Notes: generated by a model from the letters alone, not told the origin. A stretch of DNA of 64,000 bases from Desulfomicrobium sp. (GCA_040768745.1 JAXGMI010000001.1:128001-192000); one strand, 5' to 3'. Shown: positions 32,876 to 43,011, counted from the stretch's first letter. Translations and numbers: made by a program.

Positions 32876-33325
32876 CTACTCGTCGCCCAGCACTTCCTCG
32901 ACGTCCAGAATGGCCACGAGATCACTGGAGGCCTTCAGCACCCCCAGAAAATATGCATCCTTCATCCCTTTGATGTTGGAAGGCGTCGGCCCCACCTCTT
33001 CCCACTTGGCCTTGACCACATCGGTGATCCTGTCGACCAGGAGCCCTATGTTTTCCTCCCGGGAATTGACGATGATGATTCTGCTGCTGTCCGTCTGCTT
33101 CGACGGCGCGAGTCCCAGTTTTCGTCCGAGATCGATGATGGTCACGATCCGGCCGCGCAGATTCATGATGCCGAGCACGTATGCCGGAGCCTGGGGAACC
33201 CTGGTCATTTCCAGCTGCCTGTTCATTTCCTGAATGACATTGATGTCGATTCCGCATAGCGCGGAACCCACGAAGAAACAGGCCAGCTGTACTGGACCGG
33301 TCATCGCCTTGGCTGCATGCTCCAT
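32876..33325 (-). CDS. cheW: Chemotaxis adaptor CheW
   Basis: T.VP.AP..V.G..NLRG.IVTIIDL, GLLVD. Confidence 0.95.
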   Translation of the reverse strand: MEHAAKAMTGPVQLACFFVGSALCGIDINVIQEMNRQLEMTRVPQAPAYVLGIMNLRGRIVTIIDLGRKLGLAPSKQTDSSRIIIVNSREENIGLLVDRITDVVKAKWEEVGPTPSNIKGMKDAYFLGVLKASSDLVAILDVEEVLGDE

Positions 33326-33344
33326 GGGCTTTTGCCTCTCTCGT

Positions 33345-36300
33345 TCAGCTCGCGTAGCGCTTCAAACAGTCATAAATGGTTTGCAGAAGCAGCTCCCTGT
33401 CCAGCTTGATCTGATAATCATCGATCCCCAGGGCCTTGCCTCTGGCCATATCCTCATCCCCGGCCAACGAAGTCAGCGCAACGATGGGCACCATGGAAAA
33501 ACGGGTGTCCTGACGGATGCGCCGGGCCAGTTCAAAACCGTCCATGTTGGGCATTTCGATGTCTGTGACGACCAGGTCGAATTTTTCAGGCTCGCCTTCC
33601 AGCATTGTCCACGCAACGAGGCCGTCCGGGGCCACCTCCACGGTGTACCCGTCATCCTCTATGAATTTTTTGACCTGATTGCGGAAAAAATCCGAATCCT
33701 CCACCAGAAGAAGGTGCGGGACACCCACCTGGCCCGCGTCGTCCGGGATTTCAACGGTTCCCCGCACGGCGAACCAGTCCGGCTGCACAGTTTGAATCAG
33801 CTCGAAAATGTCCACGAGCAACGTCGTGTTGCCCCCAATGACAGCCGAGCCGCTGATGCCGGGCTGCTTGAGGGTGAAGGTATCCACCCTCAGGCTCACC
33901 TCCATGGCGTCCACGGGCTGCTTGGCCAGGAGTCCGATCTCATGCCCAGCCATGAGAAAAACGATGACCACCAGTTCCCCCGAAAGCTCCATCATGCCCA
34001 CGTTGGCGGCTTGATCCATGGAGAATACCGGGAGGGTCCCTCCCCGATACTTGATCACCCTTCGGCCGCCCAATTCCTCGATCTCCTCTGCATTGACCAG
34101 CTCCACGCGGGCCACAAGGTCAAGCGGCACAGCGCAATGCTCCTGCGGGGTGTTGCGGAAGAGGAAAAGGGAAAGACGTTCCTCATTCTCGTCGGACGCG
34201 CTGCCTCTGGCCACCTGCACTGTCCGCTCACGGGCGCTTCCCAGGCCCAACTCGCCCAGGCGGCCGAGGCCAACCACATCCAGGATCAGGGCCACATGGC
34301 CGTCTCCCATGATCGTCGCGCCGGCATATCCCTGGCAGGACTTGAAATGGCGGCCCAAAGGCTTGACCACGATCTCCACGGAATCATGCAGCCGGTCCAC
34401 CACCAACCCATAACGAAACTGGCCGGCAGAAACGACCACCACATGGATGTCATCCCGGTCACATTTTTCATCTCCCCATTGGGATGCAGACGCATCCCCC
34501 CGGAGTATTCCGGCAACCATGCGTGAGGCCTGACACGCCCCGGCATCGAGACCAAGCACGTTGGACAGATACAAAAGCGGAATCAGCTCACCTCGCAGCA
34601 CAAGCACTTCCGCATCACCGACCAATTCCACCCGTTCCCGGATCTGGTCCACAGAAAGTCTGAGCAGCTCGTCCACATTGACCTGCGGGATGGCGTAGCG
34701 TTCCTGACCAATGGATACAAGCAGACTCGGGATGATGGCCAGCGTCAAAGGGAGCTTGATGCGGATGGTCGTTCCGTGCCCTTGGGATGTTTCGATGTCC
34801 ACCTGCCCGCCCAGCTGATCCAGGTTTGACTTCACCACATCCATGCCCACACCCCGGCCTGAGACATCTGTCACCTTCTCAGCCGTGGACAACCCGGGCA
34901 GAAAAATCAAGTGGGCCTTTTCCTTGCCGGACATGTTTTTGGCCTGATCCAGCGTAATGAGCCCGCGGGCCAGGGCTTTTTCCACAATCTTGTCGGTGTT
35001 GAGCCCCCGGCCGTCATCGACGATCTCAATGATAACCTGTCCGGCTTCATGATAGGCCTTCAGAATGATTGTGCCTGTGGAAGGCTTCCCCGCCCTCACC
35101 CGTTCATCCGGAGTCTCTATCCCGTGATCAGCAGAGTTGCGGACCAGATGGGTCAGCGGATCACCCAGTCCCTCGATGATGGTCTTGTCCAGTTCCACAT
35201 CATTGCCTTCGAGCTGCAGGTCGATCTCTTTACCCAGGTTACGGGCGAGATCGCGGACAACGCGCGGAAACTTGTTGAAGATGTTGCCCACGGTCTGCAT
35301 ACGCGTAAGCATGATCGTTTCCTGCAGCTCCGAGGTGACCAGGTCCAGACGCTGACCCGCCACCTCGATCTGGTGGAAGGTATTGGTGGAAATGGCCTGC
35401 ATGAGCTGATTGCGGCTCAGGACCAGCTCCCCGGCCAGATTCATGAGATTTTCCAGAAGGCTCACGTGCACCCGCAGGGTATCCGATTGGGATGCGGCCG
35501 ACCTGGAAGTCCTTGATTCAACCTTTGGTCCGTCTTGGGACCAGGACTTTGGCAGCCCTGCCTTCGTGGGCTGCTCCATGGGCTGATCGACCTGATTCGA
35601 GAGGGGCTGGCCGGGTGCCGCAGCGGGCATTGGGGGAACGGCAACGTCGCCATCCAGGGACTGCTGCTTCTGGATGTCGGCGTGCCCCTCGTGCAGGGAG
35701 CCAGGGCGAGGGGTCTCAGGATCACTGAGCCTGTCCGCAGAGGCGGCGGACGAGGCCGAAGAGGTGCCAAAACGCAGAGGCATGATGCATTCCTGCTTCA
35801 GTTCAAGCAGTGCAGGGATGATATCGTCCTCGATGATGGAGCCAAAAAGAGCGAACAGGGGGATCCGCTGGGAGAAATGCCCGTCTTCCAGGTCCCCCAC
35901 CGCCTCGACATCCACCTTCAGATCCAGGATCGTTCCGGTCGAATCCATGGTCTGGACGAGGTCGAGGGGATTTTTGTTCTTATCCTGAACGTCATGAATG
36001 AGATCAAATTCGAGGAGATAGAGATTTTTGCCGCCTTTGCAGTGCTGCAGAAGAACGGTCTCGGGCAGAGAAAAAATGATGCGACCAGAACGGTCCGCAA
36101 TATCGACGGCACGGTCCGCCGCCTTGTTTTCCAAGGTCTGAGATCGATGGGAAGCAACGCTTGTCAAAGCCGCAATATGGTCCTCGATATCCTCGTCATT
36201 GCTTCGGGCCACGTTGCCGATCAGGTCCCGCAATTTGTCAAAGGCCAACAGGACAATGTTGACCACGTCCGGTTCCGGGGTCAATTCGCGGTTGCGGATC

Positions 36301-36527
36301 ATGTCCAGCACGCCTTCGATCTTGTGTCCAAGATCCTTGATTTTAGTCAGACCCAGAAAGCCCGCGCCACCTTTGATGGAATGGGCCGCGCGGAAGACCT
36401 TGTTGACCAGTTCTTCGTCGATTTGGGCTCCGGCCTGCTCGATGGCCAGCAGATCATTCTCGATATCGCCAAGGTGTTCGGCCGATTCTTCCACGTACAT
36501 CTGCAGCGTCTCGTCATCCATCATCAT
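33345..36527 (-). CDS. cheA: Hybrid chemotaxis kinase CheA (HPt-P2-dimer-HATPase-2xCheW-REC)
   Basis: FRAAHSIKG, HLVRNSADHG, DDGRG, SGRGVGMDVV, two CheW-like domains, C-terminal receiver. Confidence 0.96.
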   Translation of the reverse strand: MMMDDETLQMYVEESAEHLGDIENDLLAIEQAGAQIDEELVNKVFRAAHSIKGGAGFLGLTKIKDLGHKIEGVLDMIRNRELTPEPDVVNIVLLAFDKLRDLIGNVARSNDEDIEDHIAALTSVASHRSQTLENKAADRAVDIADRSGRIIFSLPETVLLQHCKGGKNLYLLEFDLIHDVQDKNKNPLDLVQTMDSTGTILDLKVDVEAVGDLEDGHFSQRIPLFALFGSIIEDDIIPALLELKQECIMPLRFGTSSASSAASADRLSDPETPRPGSLHEGHADIQKQQSLDGDVAVPPMPAAAPGQPLSNQVDQPMEQPTKAGLPKSWSQDGPKVESRTSRSAASQSDTLRVHVSLLENLMNLAGELVLSRNQLMQAISTNTFHQIEVAGQRLDLVTSELQETIMLTRMQTVGNIFNKFPRVVRDLARNLGKEIDLQLEGNDVELDKTIIEGLGDPLTHLVRNSADHGIETPDERVRAGKPSTGTIILKAYHEAGQVIIEIVDDGRGLNTDKIVEKALARGLITLDQAKNMSGKEKAHLIFLPGLSTAEKVTDVSGRGVGMDVVKSNLDQLGGQVDIETSQGHGTTIRIKLPLTLAIIPSLLVSIGQERYAIPQVNVDELLRLSVDQIRERVELVGDAEVLVLRGELIPLLYLSNVLGLDAGACQASRMVAGILRGDASASQWGDEKCDRDDIHVVVVSAGQFRYGLVVDRLHDSVEIVVKPLGRHFKSCQGYAGATIMGDGHVALILDVVGLGRLGELGLGSARERTVQVARGSASDENEERLSLFLFRNTPQEHCAVPLDLVARVELVNAEEIEELGGRRVIKYRGGTLPVFSMDQAANVGMMELSGELVVIVFLMAGHEIGLLAKQPVDAMEVSLRVDTFTLKQPGISGSAVIGGNTTLLVDIFELIQTVQPDWFAVRGTVEIPDDAGQVGVPHLLLVEDSDFFRNQVKKFIEDDGYTVEVAPDGLVAWTMLEGEPEKFDLVVTDIEMPNMDGFELARRIRQDTRFSMVPIVALTSLAGDEDMARGKALGIDDYQIKLDRELLLQTIYDCLKRYAS

Positions 36528-36693
36528 GGCGTGAACTCCGTGAAATTTTCAACCAGCGGGCATGACCAACCCTGCCCCAGATCTCCGTAAAAGAGCAGGC
36601 CACCCGGTGAACCCTCGTGTTCCACCAGCCTACGTGGCTGTCAGCAAAGGTCGTCTTCTTTTCCACCCTTGACCCGGAGCTGGAGACCACCTC

Positions 36694-36996
36694 CTAGGCG
36701 CGCATGTTCAAATGCTGGTCAAGACGCATGGATCGAAACATTTTCATGATATTTTCCGGAATATTGACGAGCGAGAAATGTCCACCGATCTTCTGCATGG
36801 AATTGTGCATGGCAATGACCATGCCCATTCCCACAATGTCCATCTTCTTGGTGCCGTCGAGATCGAGCCGCAATTCCAACGGACCTTCATGCAGGAGGTT
36901 GACCACCTCGTGTTTGAAACCCGGAACCGTCGCTGCCACAAGATCGTGTTCTGGGCTGATCGTGACGAGGACACCTTCTCGGACAACGGTCGACAT
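36694..36996 (-). CDS. STAS domain protein (anti-sigma factor antagonist-like)
   Basis: About 100 aa, LDL......D..G.G pattern; AAGGAG RBS; the usual phospho-Ser (DSSG) is replaced by DIVG. Confidence 0.75.
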   Translation of the reverse strand: MSTVVREGVLVTISPEHDLVAATVPGFKHEVVNLLHEGPLELRLDLDGTKKMDIVGMGMVIAMHNSMQKIGGHFSLVNIPENIMKMFRSMRLDQHLNMRA

Positions 36997-37159
36997 GCCA
37001 GACTCCTTGTGGGCTGGATCTTGATCAGGGCCTGCGTTCTTCTCATCCGGGCCCACATGCACAAAGACCCTACAGCAGCCTCAATTTATTGCAACAACAA
37101 CTGAACATTCCGGGCAATCGCGGTCAGGAGAACAGTCTCTGCATGACGGACTGATACCG

Positions 37160-38593
37160 TCATTCCGGGTCAGCCTGCATGCCCTGGATCTTTGACTCCC
37201 TGCTTCTGGCCACAATGCTCTTGGCCGGGATGAGCCCCGTGGCTGCGGCCGAGACGATGTTCCCGGCCACGCCCGGCCCGTCGCCAGCCACGTAGAGCCC
37301 GGCAATGGCCGTTTCCAGATTTTCGTTGCACTCCACCTGGGTGGCGAAGAACTTGATCTCCGGCGCGTAGAGGAGCGTTTCATCGTTGGCCACGCCGGGC
37401 ACCACGAGATTGAGCTTCTCCAGGCCCTCCACCAGGTTGGTCAGGATGCGCTCGGGCAGGGCCATGGCGATGTCGCCGCAGACGACCTTCTTCAGCGTCG
37501 GTTCGATGTAGCTGTTGCGGATGCGGTTCCAGGTGGAGCGCCGCCCGCGCTTCAGGTCCCCGAAGCGCTGCAGGATGGGCTTGCCACCGCCGATGAGGGT
37601 GGCCAGGCGGCCGATGGACTCGCCGTAGGCCTGGTTGTCCGTGACCGGCTCATTCAGGACAACCTTGGACAGGAAGGCGAAGTTGGTGTTTTCGCTCTTC
37701 TTGTCCATGTAGGCATGGCCGTTGACGCAGACGAAATCCTGGTAGTTCTCCTGGGCGATGAACCCGCCGTAATTGGTACAGAAGGTGCGGGTCAGATCGT
37801 CGTACTTGGAGGTGCGGATGAAGAAGGTCGGGTCGTAGATGATGGAGCATAGGTCCTGCATGATCTCGTTGTGGACCTCCACGCGCACCCCGACCTCGAT
37901 GCCCCGCTGGGTCACGGCCAGGCCGTGGCGCTGCACGAGCTGGCCGACCCACTCGGCGCCGACCCGGCCCGGGGCCAGGATGACGTTTTCGGCGCGGTGC
38001 TCGCCCTTGTCCGTGATCACTCCGCGCACGCGGCCGCCTTGGACCAGGATGTCGCGGACCTCCTCCCTGGTGCGCACGGTCACGCCCCTGGACTGGATGT
38101 ACTCGACCATGCCCGTGATGTGGCCGGGCAGGTTGTCGCTGCCCAGATGCTTCTGCTTGATGACCAGCAGGTCGATACCGAACTTGCGGGCCTCCTTGCG
38201 GATGGACTTGGCCTCCTCGATGTTGGTCGGGTAGACCTTGCCGTCCATACCGAAACGGTTGAAAATGGTTTCGGTCTCGTCAATCAATCGCATGGCCTGG
38301 CCCGCGCTCATGAACTGGGTCAGGTCGGTCTTGCCCAGCTTGTGGATGAAGTTGAGCTTGCCATCGGAAAAGAGCCCGGCCCCGCCCATGCCGGAAAGAA
38401 TGTTGCACGGTTTGCAGTGAACGCAGTCCTGCTCTCCCACCAAAGGACAGTTTCTGGACTTGGAGGCCCGGCCCTTCTCAATCAGCAGCACCTCCAGGCT
38501 GGAGTGCTCCGCCAGATGAAAGGCGGCAAAGAGCCCGGCCGGACCACCTCCAACGATGATGACGTCGAATTTCTTCCTTTCCACGGATTTCAC
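37160..38593 (-). CDS. FAD-dependent oxidoreductase (COG2509-like)
   Basis: GGGPAG, CxxCxxC, GAGLFSDGKL, GVRVE, RTFC.N, VNGH, AGDG.G; GTGA overlap with typA. Confidence 0.88.
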   Translation of the reverse strand: MKSVERKKFDVIIVGGGPAGLFAAFHLAEHSSLEVLLIEKGRASKSRNCPLVGEQDCVHCKPCNILSGMGGAGLFSDGKLNFIHKLGKTDLTQFMSAGQAMRLIDETETIFNRFGMDGKVYPTNIEEAKSIRKEARKFGIDLLVIKQKHLGSDNLPGHITGMVEYIQSRGVTVRTREEVRDILVQGGRVRGVITDKGEHRAENVILAPGRVGAEWVGQLVQRHGLAVTQRGIEVGVRVEVHNEIMQDLCSIIYDPTFFIRTSKYDDLTRTFCTNYGGFIAQENYQDFVCVNGHAYMDKKSENTNFAFLSKVVLNEPVTDNQAYGESIGRLATLIGGGKPILQRFGDLKRGRRSTWNRIRNSYIEPTLKKVVCGDIAMALPERILTNLVEGLEKLNLVVPGVANDETLLYAPEIKFFATQVECNENLETAIAGLYVAGDGPGVAGNIVSAAATGLIPAKSIVARSRESKIQGMQADPE

Positions 38594-40425
38594 TTGCCCT
38601 CGGTCTTCTTTTTCCTGGCCGTCATGGTATGGCGCTTTTGGGCCGAAAGCTCGACCTTGCGCAGGCGGATACTCTGGGGCGTCACTTCCACCATCTCGTC
38701 ATCCCGAATGAAATTCAGCGCCTTTTCGAGGGTCATGGGCAGCACCGGCGTAAGAATGATGGCCTCATCCTTTCCTGAAGCCCGCAGGTTCGTGAGCTTC
38801 TTTTCCTTGGTGGGGTTGACGTCGATGTCGTTTTCACGGTTGTGCTCGCCGATGATCATGCCTTCGTAAACGGGATCTCCCGGCTGAACGAACATGCGCC
38901 CACGGGGCTCCAGATTGAAAATGGCATAGGGTATGGCCTGGCCTTGGCGGTCGCTGACCAGGGAACCTGAAAAGCGGGTTGGAAAATCCCCCCGGTATTC
39001 GCCGTACCCGTCAAAAAGGGAGTTCATGATCCCAGTGCCCTTGGTATCGGTCAGGAACTCGTCCCGGTAGCCGATCAGGGCCCGGGACGGTACGGAGAAT
39101 TCCATGCGCACGCGGCCGCTGCCGTTGTTGACCAGGTTCAGAAGCTTTCCACGACGGATGGACAGTTTTTCCGTGACCACACCCATGAATGCCTCGTCGC
39201 AATCCACGTACACATGTTCCAGGGGCTCCATGCGCTTGCCGTTCTTCGTCTTGTAGATAACCTCGGGACGGCCCACGCCCAGTTCGAATCCCTCCCGGCG
39301 CATGGTCTCGATGATGATGGCCAGTTGGAACTCGCCCCGGCCCTTGACCATCATGGAATCCTTGTCCTCGCTTTCATCCACCTGGATGGCCACGTTGATC
39401 AACGCCTCCTTTTCCAGACGGTCCTTGATCTTGCGGGACTGCACGATCTTGCCTTCCCGGCCGGCAAAAGGCGATGTGTTGATGGTGAAACGCATGGATA
39501 CCGTGGGCTCGTCCACGTCGATGCGCTTCAGTCTGACCGGGCTCTCCTTCAGGCAAATGGTGTCGCCGATGTTGACCTTATCCAGGCCCGCCAGAACCAT
39601 GATGTCGCCCATCTCGACCTGCTCCTGATCCTTGAGCTGCAGGCCCTCGTATGCCTGAACTTTGGTCGGACGGAAGAGAGTTTGGGCATCGTTTTCGCCC
39701 ATGCACAGGAGGTCCGTCTTCTCGCGCAGGGTGCCGGCCTTGATCTTGCCGATGACCAGCCGGCCCAGGTAGTCTGAATACCCCAGATCCGAGACAAGCA
39801 TATGAAAGGGCGCGGACGGATCAAAGCGCGGACCCGGGATACGCTCCACAATAAGATCGAAAAGAGCATGCAGGTTCCCCTCCCGCTGGTCCAGTGTGGG
39901 AGAAGCTATGCCTTCCCGCCCGATGGCATACAGCACAGGGAATTCCAACTGCTCCTCATCCGCCCCGAGATCGATAAACAGGTCGTAGACTTCGTCCAGC
40001 ACCTCCTGGGGCCGGGCATCGGCGCGGTCGATCTTGTTCACGACGACGAGGATGGGCAGGCTGGCGTCCAGGGCCTTCTTCAACACGAAACGGGTCTGAG
40101 GCAGAGGGCCTTCGGAAGAGTCCACCAGCAGGACAGCGCCATCGACCATGGACAGGGCGCGCTCCACCTCCCCGCCGAAATCAGCATGCCCGGGAGTATC
40201 CACGATGTTGATCTTCACGTCCCTCCATCGCACGGAACAATTCTTGGCGGCAATGGTGATTCCGCGTTCACGTTCCAGGTCCATGGAATCCATGACCCGT
40301 TCATCCACGGATTGGTTCTCCCGGAACACGCCGGACTGTCGGAACATGGCATCCACCAGGGTGGTTTTTCCGTGATCGACGTGGGCAATGATGGCAATAT
40401 TTCTGATGCGCTCATTTTTCTGCAT
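38590..40425 (-). CDS. typA: Translational GTPase TypA/BipA
   Basis: IAHVDHGKT, ERERGITI, DTPGH, NKID, GRGE, EVTP.SIRLRK. Confidence 0.97.
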   Translation of the reverse strand: MQKNERIRNIAIIAHVDHGKTTLVDAMFRQSGVFRENQSVDERVMDSMDLERERGITIAAKNCSVRWRDVKINIVDTPGHADFGGEVERALSMVDGAVLLVDSSEGPLPQTRFVLKKALDASLPILVVVNKIDRADARPQEVLDEVYDLFIDLGADEEQLEFPVLYAIGREGIASPTLDQREGNLHALFDLIVERIPGPRFDPSAPFHMLVSDLGYSDYLGRLVIGKIKAGTLREKTDLLCMGENDAQTLFRPTKVQAYEGLQLKDQEQVEMGDIMVLAGLDKVNIGDTICLKESPVRLKRIDVDEPTVSMRFTINTSPFAGREGKIVQSRKIKDRLEKEALINVAIQVDESEDKDSMMVKGRGEFQLAIIIETMRREGFELGVGRPEVIYKTKNGKRMEPLEHVYVDCDEAFMGVVTEKLSIRRGKLLNLVNNGSGRVRMEFSVPSRALIGYRDEFLTDTKGTGIMNSLFDGYGEYRGDFPTRFSGSLVSDRQGQAIPYAIFNLEPRGRMFVQPGDPVYEGMIIGEHNRENDIDVNPTKEKKLTNLRASGKDEAIILTPVLPMTLEKALNFIRDDEMVEVTPQSIRLRKVELSAQKRHTMTARKKKTEGK

Positions 40426-40450
40426 GTGACAATCGTTCTCCTTCAGGCAT

Positions 40451-40517
40451 AAAAAAACGGCCTCTGTTCCGAAGCCGGTTCGGCATGTCGTGCGCACCCC
40501 GCACGAAACCGGTTTTC
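40451..40517 (-). promoter_or_regulatory. Putative terminator/antiterminator leader upstream of typA
   Basis: CGGCUUC-GGAACA-GAGGCCG-U7 just before the GAAGGAG RBS, with a competing upstream pairing. Confidence 0.55.
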
Positions 40518-40685
40518 CGCTACGCCCAACCTGAAATGGACGTCAAGGAGCAATTGACCAACCAAGGCCGCTTTGCCAAGGCTCCCCTTGGCTTTCCGGC
40601 CTGGCAGGCTGCTTCTCAACGGGGGGCTCCTGTGACCAGGCATCAGCGCATGGGCAAACAGAATGCGCGGACCTGCATCCCAGAT

Positions 40686-41123
40686 CTACTTCCTGGGGGC
40701 GCAACGCAGGTTTTTCAGCCCGTCCCGGAACAGCACCTCCACCGTATTGAAACTGACGAACTTCTGCACAGCCCCCAAACCAAAGACCGGATGGTCCATG
40801 ACGTCGCCTGCCCTGAAGGAGGCGGCCATGGAGTAGGGCACGAGACTGCCGGCATCAGCTACAGATTTTTCCCACTGGGCCTCCACCGATGCGCTTTGTT
40901 TGCGGGAAGGGGAGGTCGTCCTCGGCGCCTTGGGCGCAGCAGGCTGTTTGATCTTCACCTCGGCCGAGGGCGACTGGTAGGCGTGCCGGGCCAGGCAGAT
41001 CTTGCATTCCACCTTGGCAATCCTGCCTTTATCCATAACCACCACATGGTGGTCTGTTACGGTCTTGCATCGTTTGCACAGGGACTCCACGGAACTGCCG
41101 GCCTGTATCTGATTCTGGGACAT
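40686..41123 (-). CDS. Hypothetical protein: N-terminal C/H zinc ribbon, linker, C-terminal Tudor/KOW-like domain
   Basis: CKRC...H...CKIC...H; F..GDV.DHPVFGLG.V......VEVLF. Confidence 0.75.
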   Translation of the reverse strand: MSQNQIQAGSSVESLCKRCKTVTDHHVVVMDKGRIAKVECKICLARHAYQSPSAEVKIKQPAAPKAPRTTSPSRKQSASVEAQWEKSVADAGSLVPYSMAASFRAGDVMDHPVFGLGAVQKFVSFNTVEVLFRDGLKNLRCAPRK

Positions 41124-41149
41124 CACGCTTCCTAAATTGTAACGGGTGG

Positions 41150-41181
41150 AAAAAAAAGCCACAAAGAAAACTCCTTGTGGC
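41150..41181 (-). terminator. Intrinsic terminator in the leader of the zinc-ribbon gene
   Basis: GCCACAAGGA-GUUU-UCUUUGUGGC-U8 on the minus strand, 26 nt before the ATG. Confidence 0.7.
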
Positions 41182-41525
41182 AACCGGAATGATTGTTCTC
41201 TTTCCTACGCCGTGGGCCCGATTAACGCAATGCCCGGAGAAGGGGTTCAGCCGCAGGGCCAGCAGTGCGAAATTCTCTGCCCGCCTGAAACATAAACCTC
41301 TACTTTACCTTTTTGATTCATTGTCCCCTGCTTGCCCCGGACTGACACCTTTTGTGTCCCTGGGGTGAGAACTTTCCTTTCGAAACCATGCGCCGGGTAC
41401 TGCCCATGCTTCCCGACTTGCAGGACCGGTGCGCTGGCCAGCACCGCCCTCATCCAGGCTGGACCTTGACCCGTGTCGAGAATATGCAGACAAATCAGGA
41501 ACCGTTTCGCATGCCTGGAGGCCGT

Positions 41526-42230
41526 ATGTCCATGTATTCCAAATTCGCTGCCTGGTACGATCGCATCTTTCCTTTCAGCCCGGGGGTCTATGCCTTTCTG
41601 AGCCACCACCTTGGGGACAGGGGTGGCCCCGTCCTGGACCTGGGATGTGGCACTGGGGACTACTGTGCGGCTTTTACCCGGGAAGGTATTCAGGCCGTGG
41701 GTCTGGATCTGGACCTGGAGATGATCGCCCAGGCCATGGCCCGCTCGCCCAGGACCGAGTTCCATGTTCTGGATATGGCCCTTTTTTCACAGTTGCCAGG
41801 ACCTTGGAGCATGATCTTCTCCATCGGCAACACGGCAGCCCATCTGCCCCAAAACCGCTTCTGGGCCTGCGTCGAGGACATCGCCGAGAACCTCCTCCAG
41901 CATGGCGTGTGGATCGTGCAGGTCATGAACTGGGACTATGTCCTTGGTCTGCCCGCCTTTTCATTCCCTCCCAAGATCATGGACGGGGCGACATTCCATC
42001 GCGCATATGAAGATATCACTCCGGAGGGACTTACCTTCCGCACCGGGCTGGACATCGACGGTCAGCGTGTTTTTGACGATTGCGTTCGCCTGCATCCCAT
42101 GACCTCGACCGCTATCATCGACGGGCATGCCGAGCGGGGATTCCGTCTGGTGGAGCATGTGTCCGACTATGCGGGCAGCGGGTTCGACCCGGAGGTCTTT
42201 TCCGCAAATATTTTTGTGTTCACCCGCTAG
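41526..42230 (+). CDS. Class I SAM-dependent methyltransferase
   Basis: VLDLGCGTG, GLDLD..MI, GNT..HL; GGAGG RBS. Confidence 0.9.
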   Translation: MSMYSKFAAWYDRIFPFSPGVYAFLSHHLGDRGGPVLDLGCGTGDYCAAFTREGIQAVGLDLDLEMIAQAMARSPRTEFHVLDMALFSQLPGPWSMIFSIGNTAAHLPQNRFWACVEDIAENLLQHGVWIVQVMNWDYVLGLPAFSFPPKIMDGATFHRAYEDITPEGLTFRTGLDIDGQRVFDDCVRLHPMTSTAIIDGHAERGFRLVEHVSDYAGSGFDPEVFSANIFVFTR

Positions 42231-42238
42231 GGACGGAT

Positions 42239-42922
42239 ATGGACTTCATTGCCTCCATGGCCCAAAGCAAGCTGTTCAAGGGCTTGACCGAAACGGAATT
42301 GCGCCAGTTGCAGCGCATCAGCGAGCGACGCACATGCGACAAGGGCGATACCCTTTTTCAGGAGGGTGCCGAGGGTGTCGGATTTTTCGTGGTGGTCGAG
42401 GGCCAGATCAAAATCTTCAAGATGTCCTTGGATGGCCGCGAGCAGATCCTGCATATTCTCGGGCCAGGAGATCCCCTGGGAGAAGTCCCGGTCTTTGCTG
42501 GGCAGACCTTCCCCGCCAATGCCCAGGCCCTGACAAAATCGCACCTCTATTTCTTTCCCCGCCGGAAACTCATCGATCTGTACAGAGAAAGCCCGTCACT
42601 GGCCATGAATATGCTGGCAGTGCTGTCCCGCCGGTTGCGGGAGTTCACGGTCCTCATCGAAAACCTGGCCCTGAAGGAAATCCCGCAACGCCTGGCCACC
42701 TACCTCCTGCATCAACAGGCCCAGAAACCCATCTCGTCCCGGGTCAAACTCAACGTGACCAAGGGTGTGCTTTCGAACATCCTGGGCACATCCCAGGAGA
42801 CATTGTCCCGGGTGCTGGGGAAGTTGTCCCAGGAGGGCCTGATCGAAGTCCAAGGCAAGGAGATCTCCATCCTGAACGTGCAGCGTCTTCAGGAATTGGC
42901 GGATGGGGAAATCAGGCTGTGA
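42239..42922 (+). CDS. Crp/Fnr family transcriptional regulator (HcpR-like)
   Basis: cNMP-binding fold (LF.EG...G.IKI......GREQIL..LGPGD..GE) and HTH QETLSR. Confidence 0.9.
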   Translation: MDFIASMAQSKLFKGLTETELRQLQRISERRTCDKGDTLFQEGAEGVGFFVVVEGQIKIFKMSLDGREQILHILGPGDPLGEVPVFAGQTFPANAQALTKSHLYFFPRRKLIDLYRESPSLAMNMLAVLSRRLREFTVLIENLALKEIPQRLATYLLHQQAQKPISSRVKLNVTKGVLSNILGTSQETLSRVLGKLSQEGLIEVQGKEISILNVQRLQELADGEIRL

Positions 42923-43011
42923 ATTGAGGGAATGGTCGAGGGCGACGCAACGGCAACAGGACACCACGACCACCCGCCGCTTCCGACATCCTCGGCATTG
43001 AGGTCTTCGTC

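Noticed and set aside
36530..36690. Possible c-di-GMP riboswitch ahead of cheA
   Set aside because: The GEMM core (GGCAAAC...GAAA...GACGCAAAG) is not present
41247..41321. Small minus-strand ORF MNQKGKVEVYVSGGQRISHCWPCG with CxxC before TGA
   Set aside because: Too short, atypical codon usage, poor RBS spacing and no clear SECIS
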